A stretch of DNA of 64,000 bases from an uncultured virus (IMG/VR IMGVR_UViG_3300037439_000286) (IMGVR_UViG_3300037439_000286); one strand, 5' to 3'; positions 1 to 10,157 are shown, numbered from the stretch's first letter. The notes: generated by a model from the sequence alone, not told the origin. Program-made: numbers and translations.

Positions 1-773
1 GATTCACCTCCGGCCACGCCGCTCTTGCCAGACGGCTCGGCACCGTACCCGTATCCATACGGCGAGCCAGGCCCCGGGCCGGCACCGGGCATTCCTGGCA
101 TTCCTGGCATTCCTGGCAGCGCGAGCCGCATCCCGCCCGCCCCGGCCGACGGATCGCCGAACGGACTCGCGGCTCGGCTGTACGCCTGCTCCATCCCGCC
201 GAACATTCCCGACGGGTCCGCTCCCCCCTGACCGCCGCCCAGCATGCTGCGCAGGTAAGACTCCATGCTTCCAGGGCCGCCGGCCGGCATCCCCATCCCG
301 ACGCCCATGGACTGACCGCCGCCTTGTCCAGGCTCGCCTTGTCCCGGCTGGCCCGATGAACCGCCCTGGCCGGTACTGCCTGGCATCCCAAACGCCGTAT
401 TCCCGACCGGCTGCCCGCCGAAGATCCGCTGTCCCGGGTCCACGCCCGAGTAGTTGGGCGAGCCGCCGAACATCTGGTTGAACGGGTTCTGGAACTGCGG
501 GCTCATGAACCTCCCCAAACTCCCCTGCGCGCCCTGCAGGATCTCGCTCGGCCCGCTCTGCGCATACCCTTGCGCCCGCCGAATCGCGTCCTGCATCGTC
601 GGGCTCATCCCCGGGTCGATGTTCCCCTGATACTGCGGGTACGCCTGCTTCATCAGGCTCGGCAGCCAACTGAAGAAGTCCTTGGCGAACCCATATCCCG
701 GGTCCCGGGTCCCAGGCGTCTGGACGAAGCTCGTCTTGGGCGGCGTTCCGAATACGGTGTCGGTCAGGCCCAT
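1..773 (-). CDS. Partial G/P/Q/M-rich protein, probable internal virion/DNA-ejection protein (runs off left edge)
   Basis: Not in ORF track. I translated ATG at 773 (RBS AAGGAG upstream) as MGLTDTVFGTPPKTSFVQTPG..., open to position 3. It lies after the nozzle gene, where podoviruses encode ejection proteins. Confidence 0.7.
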   Translation of the reverse strand, partial: MGLTDTVFGTPPKTSFVQTPGTRDPGYGFAKDFFSWLPSLMKQAYPQYQGNIDPGMSPTMQDAIRRAQGYAQSGPSEILQGAQGSLGRFMSPQFQNPFNQMFGGSPNYSGVDPGQRIFGGQPVGNTAFGMPGSTGQGGSSGQPGQGEPGQGGGQSMGVGMGMPAGGPGSMESYLRSMLGGGQGGADPSGMFGGMEQAYSRAASPFGDPSAGAGGMRLALPGMPGMPGMPGAGPGPGSPYGYGYGAEPSGKSGVAGGE

Positions 774-807
774 GGTGTGTGTCTCCTTATGCCCATCTCA
801 GCCCATC

Positions 808-1287
808 TCAGATCAATTCTACGATAAACCATCCAACCGTGCGTGTGTCGCCGGCATTATTCGAGAGGATCGTGAAGGACGTGCCTACAACACGCGCCGA
901 AATCGTGATCTCACCGTGCACGCCGCTCGATGTCTGGCCGGTCAGCAGGATCAGGCAGGTCGAGGCCGGGCCGGCCGCCGTCGTGTTGACCGTGGTGGTG
1001 CCGGCGACCAGAACCGCGGTCCCGGCTCGATCCGCACCGCCGCCCGACTGGACCTTGAGCCCGGCTCCCGTCGCCTCGATCCGCAGGCTGCCGCGCAGAA
1101 GCGTCACATCCCCGGTGTCTTCGCGGCCCAGGACGGCCGCCATCCCTTCCGCCTCGCCGAGGAGGGCGCTGAGCGTGGACTCCAGATCGAGGAGCTTGCG
1201 GCGCAGATAGACAACAGCCTTCTCCCACTCGGCGGGCAGCGCACCGGCAAACCATCGTGGCAGCTTGCGCAGAAGGGTTACAGACAT
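808..1287 (-). CDS. Tail-associated protein (needle/short fibre-like)
   Basis: N-terminal helical segment plus beta-rich C-terminus; directly downstream of nozzle gene. Confidence 0.5.
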   Translation of the reverse strand: MSVTLLRKLPRWFAGALPAEWEKAVVYLRRKLLDLESTLSALLGEAEGMAAVLGREDTGDVTLLRGSLRIEATGAGLKVQSGGGADRAGTAVLVAGTTTVNTTAAGPASTCLILLTGQTSSGVHGEITISARVVGTSFTILSNNAGDTRTVGWFIVELI

Positions 1288-1290
1288 TGC

Positions 1291-3231
1291 CTACGTCATC
1301 CCGTGCTGGGCGATGTCCCCGTGGACCTTCGCCTCGATGAACAGGCGGACGATGGCGTAATAGAGCCGGTCTGCCTCCGCGGTCTGGACGCGCACACGCC
1401 ACAGGTGCTGGGCCGCGAGAGCGCCGACAAACCAGAACGAGATCGGTTTGGCTCCTGTCGATGCTGAGACCGCGACCGTCTTCGAGACATACGAGCCACC
1501 GGCATCATTGGACACTGATACCGTCAGGTCCTGGCCGTAGGTCGGGTTGGAGACGCCGCGGCGGATCGTCTTGACCCACACGACGACGCGCTTCAGCTCC
1601 TTGAGCGAGAGCGGCAGGCCAAAATCGAGGTCGTCGGTCTCCACATAGATGCCGGTCTGGCTGGCCGGGCTTTCGCCTGTGACCGCATCGACCCAGGCGT
1701 TCTCGGAAAACGTATAGAGGACCGACCTCTCGGCCGCCGCGCCCGACACGCTCGACGCGCCCAGCAACTGTGTCTGCGCAACGTCCCCGAACGGATTGCC
1801 ATCGCCGGCTGCGGTGAACTGGCCCATGAGCCGGTGGACCCACCACGAGCCGTCCGCGAGCCGCAGCGTGAACAGGTTGGTCTGTGGGGCCGCCGCGACC
1901 CGATACACCTGGTACTCCCCGCGGTTGGGCTCGTAACCCGAGAAGTAGAGCCGCACGTCCTCGCGGTCGGGAGTCGTCAGCAGCTCGGCGATCAGTGTCT
2001 CGCGGACGTCGTCCCCGATGATCCTGGATTCGGCGCCATTGAATATGCCCACGTTGGCGTCGGCCGTGACGTAGTATTCGGCGCCGGCCGTCGAGCGGAG
2101 AGTACGAGGCGCGAAGCAGCCGTTGCGCGCGTTGGTGTTGCGGTAGGCGAGCGGAGGGTCGGCGAGTCCGGTCGGCTCGGCCAGCACGATGCCGGCCTCG
2201 TAGTGGAGTGTGAGCGCATTGTGCAGGCGGCCGAGCGCGTGAATCCCGCCCTGGACGAACGAGACGGGAGTATTGCCGCCCGGGGCCACGGTCCATACGG
2301 TCTGGTCGAGATGTGACGAGTAGAAGATCGTGGATTCGTTTCCAGAAATCACGACCCGGCCGTCCTGCAGGCACTGGATGCCAGTGATTGAATCGAGGTC
2401 TGCGATGGTATCGAGGCCCGGGGTGAGGGCGGTCTTCGCAGTCAGGTAAGCCGTCGCTGGGGCCGCCGCCAGGATGTCGCTCACCCGGATCACGGCTGGT
2501 GCCCGCTGCCCATCGGCCCGACCAACGTACGTGCCCGCAACATACAAGTTCTGATTGTAGATCGTCGCCGAGATGTTGCAGCCTTCGGTGAGAACGCCGT
2601 CCGGTGCGAGATCCCAGTTGCGCCTGATCTGGTATGCCTTGCCGGCCGCCGTCGCGCCGGTGAAGTTCGATGTCAATGTCATCGCAGTGTTGGATGTCAC
2701 TACACAGATCTTGTACCAGGTGCCGTCGATCAGGATGTGCTGGTACGGGCTGATGCCGTCTGTCAGCCAGGCGGTGCCGGCGCCCGTGATCGTGTCGAGG
2801 CCGTTGGTCGCGGTCAGGGTGCCGGTCGTGTATTGTGGGGTCCAGTCGGTCCATACGCCAGATCCAAACGCCTCGCTGTAGATCCAGATCCGGCGGGACG
2901 TGACGAGCACGCAGAACTTCGCCGAGAAGCTGAGCGGGTAGGTGTTCGCGCAGGGGGCGTTGGAAACTCCGGCCGGCGTAACGTTCGTCGGGCTGTAGGA
3001 GTGCAGAATGATGAGCGGCAGCTCGTACTCGACGGCCGACGTCAGGCTGATCGACGGGCCGGTGTTTGCGTTCGCGATGACGGCCGGCCGGCGGCGCAGC
3101 GCTCCGTCATACGAGCCGACGTTGAGCGAGTCGCGCCAGCCGCGGTTGCCGATGGCGGTGGGCGGCGCGAGCATCAGGCGCGGGACGTCGCACGGGAAGA
3201 AGGTCTCGGAGACGAGCTGGGGTTCAGGCAT
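1291..3231 (-). CDS. Tail nozzle/hub protein (P22 gp10/T7 gp12-like)
   Basis: 646 aa, beta-rich; C-terminal ETDDLDFGLPLSLKELKRVVVW...VSVSNDAGGSY is typical of podovirus nozzles; follows adaptors. Confidence 0.7.
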   Translation of the reverse strand: MPEPQLVSETFFPCDVPRLMLAPPTAIGNRGWRDSLNVGSYDGALRRRPAVIANANTGPSISLTSAVEYELPLIILHSYSPTNVTPAGVSNAPCANTYPLSFSAKFCVLVTSRRIWIYSEAFGSGVWTDWTPQYTTGTLTATNGLDTITGAGTAWLTDGISPYQHILIDGTWYKICVVTSNTAMTLTSNFTGATAAGKAYQIRRNWDLAPDGVLTEGCNISATIYNQNLYVAGTYVGRADGQRAPAVIRVSDILAAAPATAYLTAKTALTPGLDTIADLDSITGIQCLQDGRVVISGNESTIFYSSHLDQTVWTVAPGGNTPVSFVQGGIHALGRLHNALTLHYEAGIVLAEPTGLADPPLAYRNTNARNGCFAPRTLRSTAGAEYYVTADANVGIFNGAESRIIGDDVRETLIAELLTTPDREDVRLYFSGYEPNRGEYQVYRVAAAPQTNLFTLRLADGSWWVHRLMGQFTAAGDGNPFGDVAQTQLLGASSVSGAAAERSVLYTFSENAWVDAVTGESPASQTGIYVETDDLDFGLPLSLKELKRVVVWVKTIRRGVSNPTYGQDLTVSVSNDAGGSYVSKTVAVSASTGAKPISFWFVGALAAQHLWRVRVQTAEADRLYYAIVRLFIEAKVHGDIAQHGMT

Positions 3232-3243
3232 ATGGTCGACCCC

Positions 3244-3948
3244 TCATCCCCACCTCGACCGCGGGCGCAGAGAATACCCACGCAACCGCAACGGTTCGAG
3301 CCGTGGCCGGTCCTCGTCCTTCCTTGGGTTGACCTGCCGCCCGATTTCAGCCTCGGCCATCGCGAAGTACCGCTGGTCGGCATTCCCCGGTTCCCCATGT
3401 TCGTTGGGCTGCGGATGGACCGACAGGTAGTTGCCGACCGCGTACCAGATGATCGCCCAGTCGTACTGCGCCGGGGTGAGAGGAGACGAGTTGAGATCGG
3501 CCTCGGTGATGTCCGGCACCTGCCGACGCAGGCGGACGGTAAGAACGGTGTCGGCCGAGGGGGTGTTTCGCACCCAGAGCCGCGAGCCGTCGCGCTGGTA
3601 GTGGGTGATGGACCCGGTGGGCGGCTTCCCGGTTCCGGCCTCGAAGTAGCGCGAGCGGCCCGTCATCCCGCCGGGCTCAGGATAGATGAGCCGGCCGTCG
3701 GTCTTGTTCACCACAGTCAGGACGGCATAGAGATCTGGATCGATCGAGGAGACCTCGGTGTAATCCGAGCCAGCCAAAATGATGACCGAGTCGTCGATTG
3801 CGGCGAGTTCCGGGACATCGATCCGCGGGTCCGAAGCGACGCGGCGATGGGCGGCCGAGATGTGGCCATAGGCTTCGCTGGCCGCGGCATGCGCGTCCCC
3901 GGTTCCCTGGAGATAGTTCTTGCGGATCTGTGCCCAGGTCTGGCTCAT
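3244..3948 (-). CDS. Head-tail adaptor (ring) protein 2
   Basis: Start revised to MSQTWAQIRK; motifs TGKP..Y...G.RLWVRNTP and PLTPAQYDWAIIWYA. Confidence 0.6.
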   Translation of the reverse strand: MSQTWAQIRKNYLQGTGDAHAAASEAYGHISAAHRRVASDPRIDVPELAAIDDSVIILAGSDYTEVSSIDPDLYAVLTVVNKTDGRLIYPEPGGMTGRSRYFEAGTGKPPTGSITHYQRDGSRLWVRNTPSADTVLTVRLRRQVPDITEADLNSSPLTPAQYDWAIIWYAVGNYLSVHPQPNEHGEPGNADQRYFAMAEAEIGRQVNPRKDEDRPRLEPLRLRGYSLRPRSRWG

Positions 3949-3967
3949 CCGGCCTGCCCTCGCGATC

Positions 3968-4633
3968 TCACCCCTGAGCCCCTCCAATGGTCCGCTCGGT
4001 GTTCCTGCGTTCCCGCCTGGCCGACACCGGGTCGAGCAGCGAGCTTCGCACCTGCTGCGCGAGCCAGTCGTCCAGCAGCATCCGGTTCAGCTCGACCGAT
4101 GGCGTGCCTGTTCCGCCCGATGCCAGGATCACCGCCTGCTCGATCAGATGCTCATCGGCCTCGACGTCGAGTTCGGAAGTTGCCGCGCCCGCAAAATCAG
4201 GAGCCGCGGGCCTGCCGTAGTAGAACAACTGGACCTTGTACGCGACGTCCGGCAGCTTATCGAAGTAGAGAGAGGAACCGAATCGAGCGTGTTTCTCGGG
4301 CCGGCCAGCCGTGGCATCGTAGTCCCGCACCAGGGTCGCGAAGTCCGTCTCGGTCGTCCAGCCGAGCGCCGCCGTGCCGGCCGCGTCCCACACCTGCGAG
4401 TGGATCGCGATGAAGCAGTCAGCCGGGAGCGCGAGAGTATTCACTGTGGTCGACAAGGTCAACATCGGGCTCGTCACCCGGTCCAACTCGAAATGGTGGT
4501 ACGTCAACGCGAGCCGAAGATACGCCGCCCACAGGTAGTGCTCGACGTTGATCGAGGTGTTGTTCGGGTTCCCGAGCCGCAGAGTGACCTCGGTCTTCAG
4601 GTTCGCGAGCGTGCGGCGAGTGATGGCGGCCAC
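3968..4633 (-). CDS. Head-tail adaptor (ring) protein 1
   Basis: TLANLKTEV...LALPAD...GRP....FGSSLYF..PDVAY.VQLFYY...EHLIEQAV adaptor-like pattern. Confidence 0.65.
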   Translation of the reverse strand: MAAITRRTLANLKTEVTLRLGNPNNTSINVEHYLWAAYLRLALTYHHFELDRVTSPMLTLSTTVNTLALPADCFIAIHSQVWDAAGTAALGWTTETDFATLVRDYDATAGRPEKHARFGSSLYFDKLPDVAYKVQLFYYGRPAAPDFAGAATSELDVEADEHLIEQAVILASGGTGTPSVELNRMLLDDWLAQQVRSSLLDPVSARRERRNTERTIGGAQG

Positions 4634-4664
4634 GTAATATCTCCAATATCCCCGCTGCGATCGT

Positions 4665-6200
4665 TCACGAGACGAGCTTCATGTACGCCTCTTGGATCAA
4701 CAGGTTCCCTGTAATGTTCGTCGCGGCGTCGCGCTTGATGGTCAAGTCGGCCAGGACCGCCGAGGCCCCGAGCGTGAGATTCACGGTGCAGGTGTGCGAG
4801 GTCAGGATGTTCGCGGTGGCCGGCGCGCTGACCGTATCGCTCTGCGTGACGTCCACCTCGGTCACAAAGGCGCCGATGTTGAGCGAGCCGAGGCCGTAGG
4901 TGAACTGGATGTTCTTGGTCGCGTCGCCCGCCGAGCCGTGGTAGAGAACCGTGAACTGGACTGTCCGCCCACGGTAGCGCGGAGGCACGACGAATGAGGC
5001 CGCGATCTCGTCGCCGTTCGTGCCGAGCACCCAGATCGGGATTCGCCCTCCCGACACATTCTCGGTTGGCGTTCCGGCCGAACCCCGAAACCGCTTGGCC
5101 GAGATGGGCGGAGAGCTGAACGGCACGCCGTTGACCACCACGAAGTTATCGTCCGCACTACCCGACAGAAGCCCGGAGACCGGGTCCTTAGCGCCGATGT
5201 CGATGCTGTTGTTGGTGGCGCCCGAGGCAATCACGACACCATAAGGCATCGCGCCGCCCTGGTTGGCCGCGACGCCGGAGATGACGTTTCGCGCGGCTGT
5301 CGATTCCAGGTGGAAGCCACTCCCGGTTGGCCGGCTGACCGCGGCCGAGATCCGGTTCTGGACTCCGGCTACCCGCACTCCATCGCCCGTGCATGCGTCG
5401 ACCATGATTCCGGTGGCGACACAGGTATGCGCGCCCGAGGCGAAGTACACCGCGTGGCTCGTGGTCTCGCCCAGCTTGAGCCCGGCGATGATATTGACGT
5501 GCTGCAGGACGTGGATGCCATGACGGCCGGCCGGGCTGCACGAGCAACTGACCACGTGACAATCGGTCGCGTCGAGATGGAAGCCGTCGAGGGTGGCGCT
5601 CCGGGTGCGGCATTGCAGCAGCTTGGTTGCCGTGCCATCCTTGATGTAGAAACCATGCTCGCCCGTGTTCGTGGCAACCACGCGGACCAGGACGTTCTCG
5701 GTGCCGCCCCCGGACCAGCTCCCGCCGGTTGACACGAACGAGATGCCGCTCAGGGTGGCGACCGCGACGTTGCCCTCGATCCAGAGGTCGAAGACGCCAG
5801 CGCGCTCGACGTCAACATCGAAAAGCTCGATCACACCGCCCGTCGCACCGGCGATGGCGATGAGCCGCGTAGCCCGCCCCTGGCCGACGAGCCGCACCTT
5901 GGTCTTGAGCTTGACGTTCGCGCAATTGTAAGAGCCCACTGGAAGCACGACCGTACCGCCGCCGGCAGCGGCAGCCGCATCAATCGCCGCCTGAATGATG
6001 GAGGTGTCGTTCGCCGTGCCGAGCGTGCCGTAGTCGCGCACGTCGATGGCGAGGATCGTCGCGGCCTTGACCGCCGCCTGAAGCGCGGCATAGGTCGTGA
6101 TCTCGTTGGTTCTCGACGCGCCGGCAACCGACACCACCGGGAAGATCGTCGAGCTGGCGAGCGCCGCTACCGGATCGTCGCTGATCTTCGTGTCAGGCAT
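4665..6200 (-). CDS. Tailspike with right-handed beta-helix (pectate-lyase-like)
   Basis: IDVRDYG...NDTSIIQAAIDAAAAAGGGTVVLPVGSY, then repeated HG(F/I)H/Y beta-helix coils. Confidence 0.8.
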   Translation of the reverse strand: MPDTKISDDPVAALASSTIFPVVSVAGASRTNEITTYAALQAAVKAATILAIDVRDYGTLGTANDTSIIQAAIDAAAAAGGGTVVLPVGSYNCANVKLKTKVRLVGQGRATRLIAIAGATGGVIELFDVDVERAGVFDLWIEGNVAVATLSGISFVSTGGSWSGGGTENVLVRVVATNTGEHGFYIKDGTATKLLQCRTRSATLDGFHLDATDCHVVSCSCSPAGRHGIHVLQHVNIIAGLKLGETTSHAVYFASGAHTCVATGIMVDACTGDGVRVAGVQNRISAAVSRPTGSGFHLESTAARNVISGVAANQGGAMPYGVVIASGATNNSIDIGAKDPVSGLLSGSADDNFVVVNGVPFSSPPISAKRFRGSAGTPTENVSGGRIPIWVLGTNGDEIAASFVVPPRYRGRTVQFTVLYHGSAGDATKNIQFTYGLGSLNIGAFVTEVDVTQSDTVSAPATANILTSHTCTVNLTLGASAVLADLTIKRDAATNITGNLLIQEAYMKLVS

Positions 6201-6212
6201 GGCCGTCTACTG

Positions 6213-6548
6213 CTAAGCCTCCCGGGCGATGAATGCGAGCGGAGCCTCCTCGCGCAGGAAATAGGACCCGTCCTCGCGGACGAGAAGGGACGTGGCCGCC
6301 CACCAGAACGACCCTCCGATCGGCTCGCGGCGGCTGGAGTCCGGAGTCGGGAGGATGGAGTGCGCGCGCAGGTCCAAGATGGACGGCGCGAGGAGTCCCG
6401 GCGGGTGCCGGTCGCAGATGGTCCGGCCGCGCAGGACTTCGCAATCGGCGGTGAACAGATGCTGGTGGCCGATGAGCGTGCCACACAGTTCGCACACCTC
6501 GCTTTGGATGTCTCGCGGGTTACGGTGCGACGGCCGGCGGTACCCCAT
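6213..6548 (-). CDS. Small CxxC-containing structural-region protein
   Basis: Start MGYRRPSH; CELCG and C-D-R-H motifs; packed in the operon. Confidence 0.5.
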   Translation of the reverse strand: MGYRRPSHRNPRDIQSEVCELCGTLIGHQHLFTADCEVLRGRTICDRHPPGLLAPSILDLRAHSILPTPDSSRREPIGGSFWWAATSLLVREDGSYFLREEAPLAFIAREA

Positions 6549-6555
6549 GGTACCG

Positions 6556-6792
6556 TCAAGTGCCCTGGGCCGTGTTGATGGAGACGAGGATAGCCGCGAC
6601 GGACACCGGATACGTGCCAACCTGCTGAGACAGGGTGGCAAGCTGACGCACGGCCCCCGTCGAATCCTTGACCTCGTACGTGACCATGAGCTGGTTGGCG
6701 GAGCCGGCGTTGAGCCGCGTGTAGCGGATCTCCATGAGATCGCCAGCGGCTACAGGTACTTGGGTCCAGCCCGCGACAGCTTTGTTAGGCAT
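6556..6792 (-). CDS. Hypothetical protein (possible fibre chaperone)
   Basis: Start MPNKAV with RBS AAGGAG; follows tail fibre. Confidence 0.55.
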   Translation of the reverse strand: MPNKAVAGWTQVPVAAGDLMEIRYTRLNAGSANQLMVTYEVKDSTGAVRQLATLSQQVGTYPVSVAAILVSINTAQGT

Positions 6793-6805
6793 TCGCGTGA
6801 TCTCC

Positions 6806-7951
6806 TTACGAGTCGATCGTCCATGTCCCGATGACCGACACGGCATACCATTCCATGGCATTGATCGACATGAGAACTATCGAGTTGCCGACTGTCGCGG
6901 TCCTAATGTAGCCGGCCGCAGCACTGACGGCGGCTCCGTTTCGGATCGTGTCACCGGTGTTCGCCGAGATTTTGATCCCGTCTGCGTCCTGACAAATGAA
7001 GGTGAAGCAGTAGCCGACGGCGGCGGTGGGGAGTGTGTGACAGTTCTCGGCAGTCGTGCCCTCGTTGGTGAGGATGCCTCCGCTCTCCATCGCCGCCAGC
7101 AGATTCGGTGAGGCCGCAACCGCCGCATTCGCCTCGACCGGGACCAGCGAGAACAGCCCCGAGGACGTGGTCCCGGCTGCAACACTCGCCCGCCAGATCT
7201 CGACAGCACCTGCGATGCCGGAGAGCTGATTCGCTCCAGCGCGACCGACGCCCGTATCTGTGTCGGATGATGAGGGGCAAAGACTCGGGGCAGTAGACGA
7301 AGCGCCAACGTTTTCGAGACTCGCACCGTTGGCGGTTGACAATCGCGAGTTGTTGAAGATGACCTTGGCCCCACCATTCTGGTGCCATTCGAGCTGAGTG
7401 ATTCCGTTGGCGACCCAGCCGGTGCCGACCGCATGGCTGGAGTGGCGGAATCCGACGTTGCCTTCTGCGCCGTCCGGGACAACAACCTGGCCCGTTCCGC
7501 TCGGGGCCATCACCACGTTGCCGTTGGTGTCAGTCGACGACAGCGTATTGCCGTCGAGGCGAAGGTTATCAACATTGAGCTGTGTGGCCCCAGACAGTAT
7601 GCCTGCGTCGTCCTCGGTGATGAGGCCGTTCTGGATCAGCTTCCCGGTCGTGGTGTCGTAGCGGGCGAGGGCGTGGTCGGTAGCCGAGGCCGGCCCAGCA
7701 ACCATTGTCGCAGGCAATGTCGCCACGGTGTGGGCGTGGGAGTCGTCAACTACGGCAGGATTCGGATACGTCCCGGAGAGATCACCCCCGGCAGCCTGCC
7801 CACTCACGATGGGATCTGATCCACCGGCCACTGTCGCGACAGTCGGGTCCGGGTATGTCCCGCTCAGGTCGCCGCCAGCTGGCCCCGACGGCGCGCCACC
7901 GCCGTCACCGCCCGACCCGCCGCCGCCGGTCAGATCCATGATGCCGCTCAT
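6806..7951 (-). CDS. Tail fibre protein
   Basis: Repeated AGGDLSGTYP(D/N)P, GPASATDHALARYDTTTGKLIQN and VDNLRLDGNTLSSTDTNG fibre motifs. Confidence 0.75.
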   Translation of the reverse strand: MSGIMDLTGGGGSGGDGGGAPSGPAGGDLSGTYPDPTVATVAGGSDPIVSGQAAGGDLSGTYPNPAVVDDSHAHTVATLPATMVAGPASATDHALARYDTTTGKLIQNGLITEDDAGILSGATQLNVDNLRLDGNTLSSTDTNGNVVMAPSGTGQVVVPDGAEGNVGFRHSSHAVGTGWVANGITQLEWHQNGGAKVIFNNSRLSTANGASLENVGASSTAPSLCPSSSDTDTGVGRAGANQLSGIAGAVEIWRASVAAGTTSSGLFSLVPVEANAAVAASPNLLAAMESGGILTNEGTTAENCHTLPTAAVGYCFTFICQDADGIKISANTGDTIRNGAAVSAAAGYIRTATVGNSIVLMSINAMEWYAVSVIGTWTIDS

Positions 7952-8202
7952 CGAAACGCCCTCAGCGCGACACCGGCCCCAGTGCCCGTCAACATGGCCC
8001 CATGCCAGTACTTGAGAACGCTGATCGCCTGGCCCTGCGTCAGATAGATGTCCTCGTTCCCGTACCCACCTCCTTGCCGAATCATGACGAGCCCGGCCGT
8101 GCCGACGTTCTGCAACCAGACCGCGTCCTTGATGTTGTCGGTCGTGTCATGGAGCGTGACCGACTTGACGTAGGTACAGCCGGGAAGTCCGATCGTCAGC
8201 AT
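7948..8202 (-). CDS. Small virion-associated protein
   Basis: RBS TAGGAGAC; 4-nt overlap with fibre gene. Confidence 0.6.
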   Translation of the reverse strand: MLTIGLPGCTYVKSVTLHDTTDNIKDAVWLQNVGTAGLVMIRQGGGYGNEDIYLTQGQAISVLKYWHGAMLTGTGAGVALRAFR

Positions 8203-8241
8203 GGTCGAGCCGTCCTCCTATTTCATCTCGTCCCGCAACAC

Positions 8242-9210
8242 CTACACCGGGTTGACGAAGGCCGCGATCCGATCGCCCTGGGCCGTGGCCGCGGTGAGAG
8301 CCCGGCCGACCGCCTTCGAGAGGTCTTCGGCCGCGCCCACCTTGATGACCGCGGTACGGGCCGCTTCGAGATCGCCGGTATACACCTCCGTCACGCGCTT
8401 GAAGGCCGTGTTCATCGTGACGGCGGTCGTGCCGTTGAGCGCCTGGCTGTCGTAGATCTGGGTGCCGGCCGAGTCGGTCCCGCCGAGCCCGATCTGCTTG
8501 GTGGTGGCACCGCTGCCCGCCGCGGTCGGCGCGACGTTGTACGCCTGCTGGTCGGCCGCGGTGATGGTCTCGACACCTACAGACAGGACGGCCGCGGTCA
8601 GCCCGGCGGTGACGGTCTGGTCGGCCGACGCCTCGCGGACAGTAACCGTGCCCAGGGTGGCGGCCGACTTCTTGACCGCCAGGATCACGCCCCAGTCGAC
8701 CTTGGTCGTGGCGACAGGAGTCGTGCCGGTGAGGGTCACGGTCTCGACGACGACGGTGTCGGTGCCCTGGGTGGTGCCGATGACGGTGACGGTCTGGGTG
8801 GTGTCGCCCGCGTTCGAGCTGAGGATCTCCAGGCCGTCGTTCGCCGGCTGGTTGGTGAACGCGACGCCGGCCCCGGTCGTCTTGATCGTGTCGCCCGCGG
8901 TGTCCGCATCGACGAGCCCGACCGCCCGGCCCCCGTCGCCGGCCTTGAACCGCTGGCCGACCGCGAGGACGTCGTCCGCGATCACGGGATGCGGACCCTG
9001 CATGACGTAGACGGTGTCGCCGATGGCTCGCGCCTTCTCGTCGTGGAGGACGCCGATGACGCCAGTCGAGCCGGCGGTTGCCTGGGCGCCGGCCGCGGTG
9101 ACGAGGCGATGGGCGAGGACGGCACCGGTGAGCACGAGCGGGAACCCGTGCTCGTGGTGCTCGTGGACGGTGGCCTTGCGCGCGATGGCGCTCGAATCGT
9201 TGAGCGCCAT
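8242..9210 (-). CDS. Capsid decoration/cement protein (DUF2190-like) with inserted tandem domains
   Basis: N-terminal VIGV...GDTVYV...AVGQRFKAGDGGRAV and C-terminal AVGRALTAATAQGDRI; directly after capsid gene. Confidence 0.65.
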   Translation of the reverse strand: MALNDSSAIARKATVHEHHEHGFPLVLTGAVLAHRLVTAAGAQATAGSTGVIGVLHDEKARAIGDTVYVMQGPHPVIADDVLAVGQRFKAGDGGRAVGLVDADTAGDTIKTTGAGVAFTNQPANDGLEILSSNAGDTTQTVTVIGTTQGTDTVVVETVTLTGTTPVATTKVDWGVILAVKKSAATLGTVTVREASADQTVTAGLTAAVLSVGVETITAADQQAYNVAPTAAGSGATTKQIGLGGTDSAGTQIYDSQALNGTTAVTMNTAFKRVTEVYTGDLEAARTAVIKVGAAEDLSKAVGRALTAATAQGDRIAAFVNPV

Positions 9211-9212
9211 GG

Positions 9213-10157
9213 CTACACCCCCGTCGAGCCGTAGATGCCGCGGCCCTCGTAGACCTCGGGTCGGAAGGAGCAGTAGGTCGAGAAGAGCATGTTGCGGGTG
9301 CCCGGCTCGGTGTCCGTCACGAGGTCAGGGTTCTCGCCGAGCTGGAGGGAGATCTTCAGCTTCTCCTTGCCGCACAGCAGGAACCAGTAGGTCGAGACGG
9401 TGATGTAGTTCGACACCTTGGGCGTGATGTCGTACGGCTTCAGATTGTTGTACTGCATGTTGGCGTTCTGCGGGTCGTACTGGCTGTTGAGCAGCGTACG
9501 AGCCAGCCACAGGTTCTCCCGTGACGTGATCAGCCACCGCGGGTTGTACTCCTCGTCCGGCGCGTAGAGCCCGCGGTCGTTGACGGTCCGCGGCAGGTCC
9601 TCGAACGCCGTTTGCAGAGTGGTCATCGAGAGCCCGGCGTCGGCCGTCGGCCGGTTCTTCCAGGTGCCACCGTCCATGCGCGCGTGCGAGGTGGAGAGGA
9701 GCGCCTCCCCATTGTAGTCGGTGTAGACGGAGTTCGCCGTGGAGAATGCGTTCATGAGGATCGCGTACGCCACGATGTCGTAGATCGTGTAAGAGGTCTT
9801 GGCCAACTGCTTGGTGATCGGCAGGAACACCCCAAACAGGTCCCACTCCAGAACCTCATGCTGGATCACCAGCGCGAGGCCATAGGTCTGCATGGTGTAG
9901 CGCTTCTCGGCACCGTAGAAGAGCCGATCGCGCTGAAAGTCCTCACCAATGTTTTTCTGCTGCATCTGGCCGAGGCCGCTGTGCCCCAGCTCGGTGTCGG
10001 TCCAGCGGGTGTTTTCGGTGCGCGGCTTCTCGCGGAGCCACTCGGTGTAGCTCTTCTGGAGCACCTTGGTCTCGTTGTGGTAGACCTTCGAGAGCCCCAG
10101 CTCGAAGAACGCCTGCGCGCCGCTCTCGTTGAAGCGAATGACGTGTCCTTCGGCCAT
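9213..10157 (-). CDS. Major capsid protein (HK97 fold, Mu gpT-like family)
   Basis: YGLALVIQHEVLEWD...KQLAK...ILMNAF...NGEALLSTSH...PRWLI...YWFL...RGIYGS pattern; strong RBS; follows scaffold. Confidence 0.85.
   Translation of the reverse strand: MAEGHVIRFNESGAQAFFELGLSKVYHNETKVLQKSYTEWLREKPRTENTRWTDTELGHSGLGQMQQKNIGEDFQRDRLFYGAEKRYTMQTYGLALVIQHEVLEWDLFGVFLPITKQLAKTSYTIYDIVAYAILMNAFSTANSVYTDYNGEALLSTSHARMDGGTWKNRPTADAGLSMTTLQTAFEDLPRTVNDRGLYAPDEEYNPRWLITSRENLWLARTLLNSQYDPQNANMQYNNLKPYDITPKVSNYITVSTYWFLLCGKEKLKISLQLGENPDLVTDTEPGTRNMLFSTYCSFRPEVYEGRGIYGSTGV

Noticed and set aside
4665..7951. Diversity-generating retroelement targeting spike or fibre
   Set aside because: No reverse transcriptase and no adenine-variant repeat pair seen in the window
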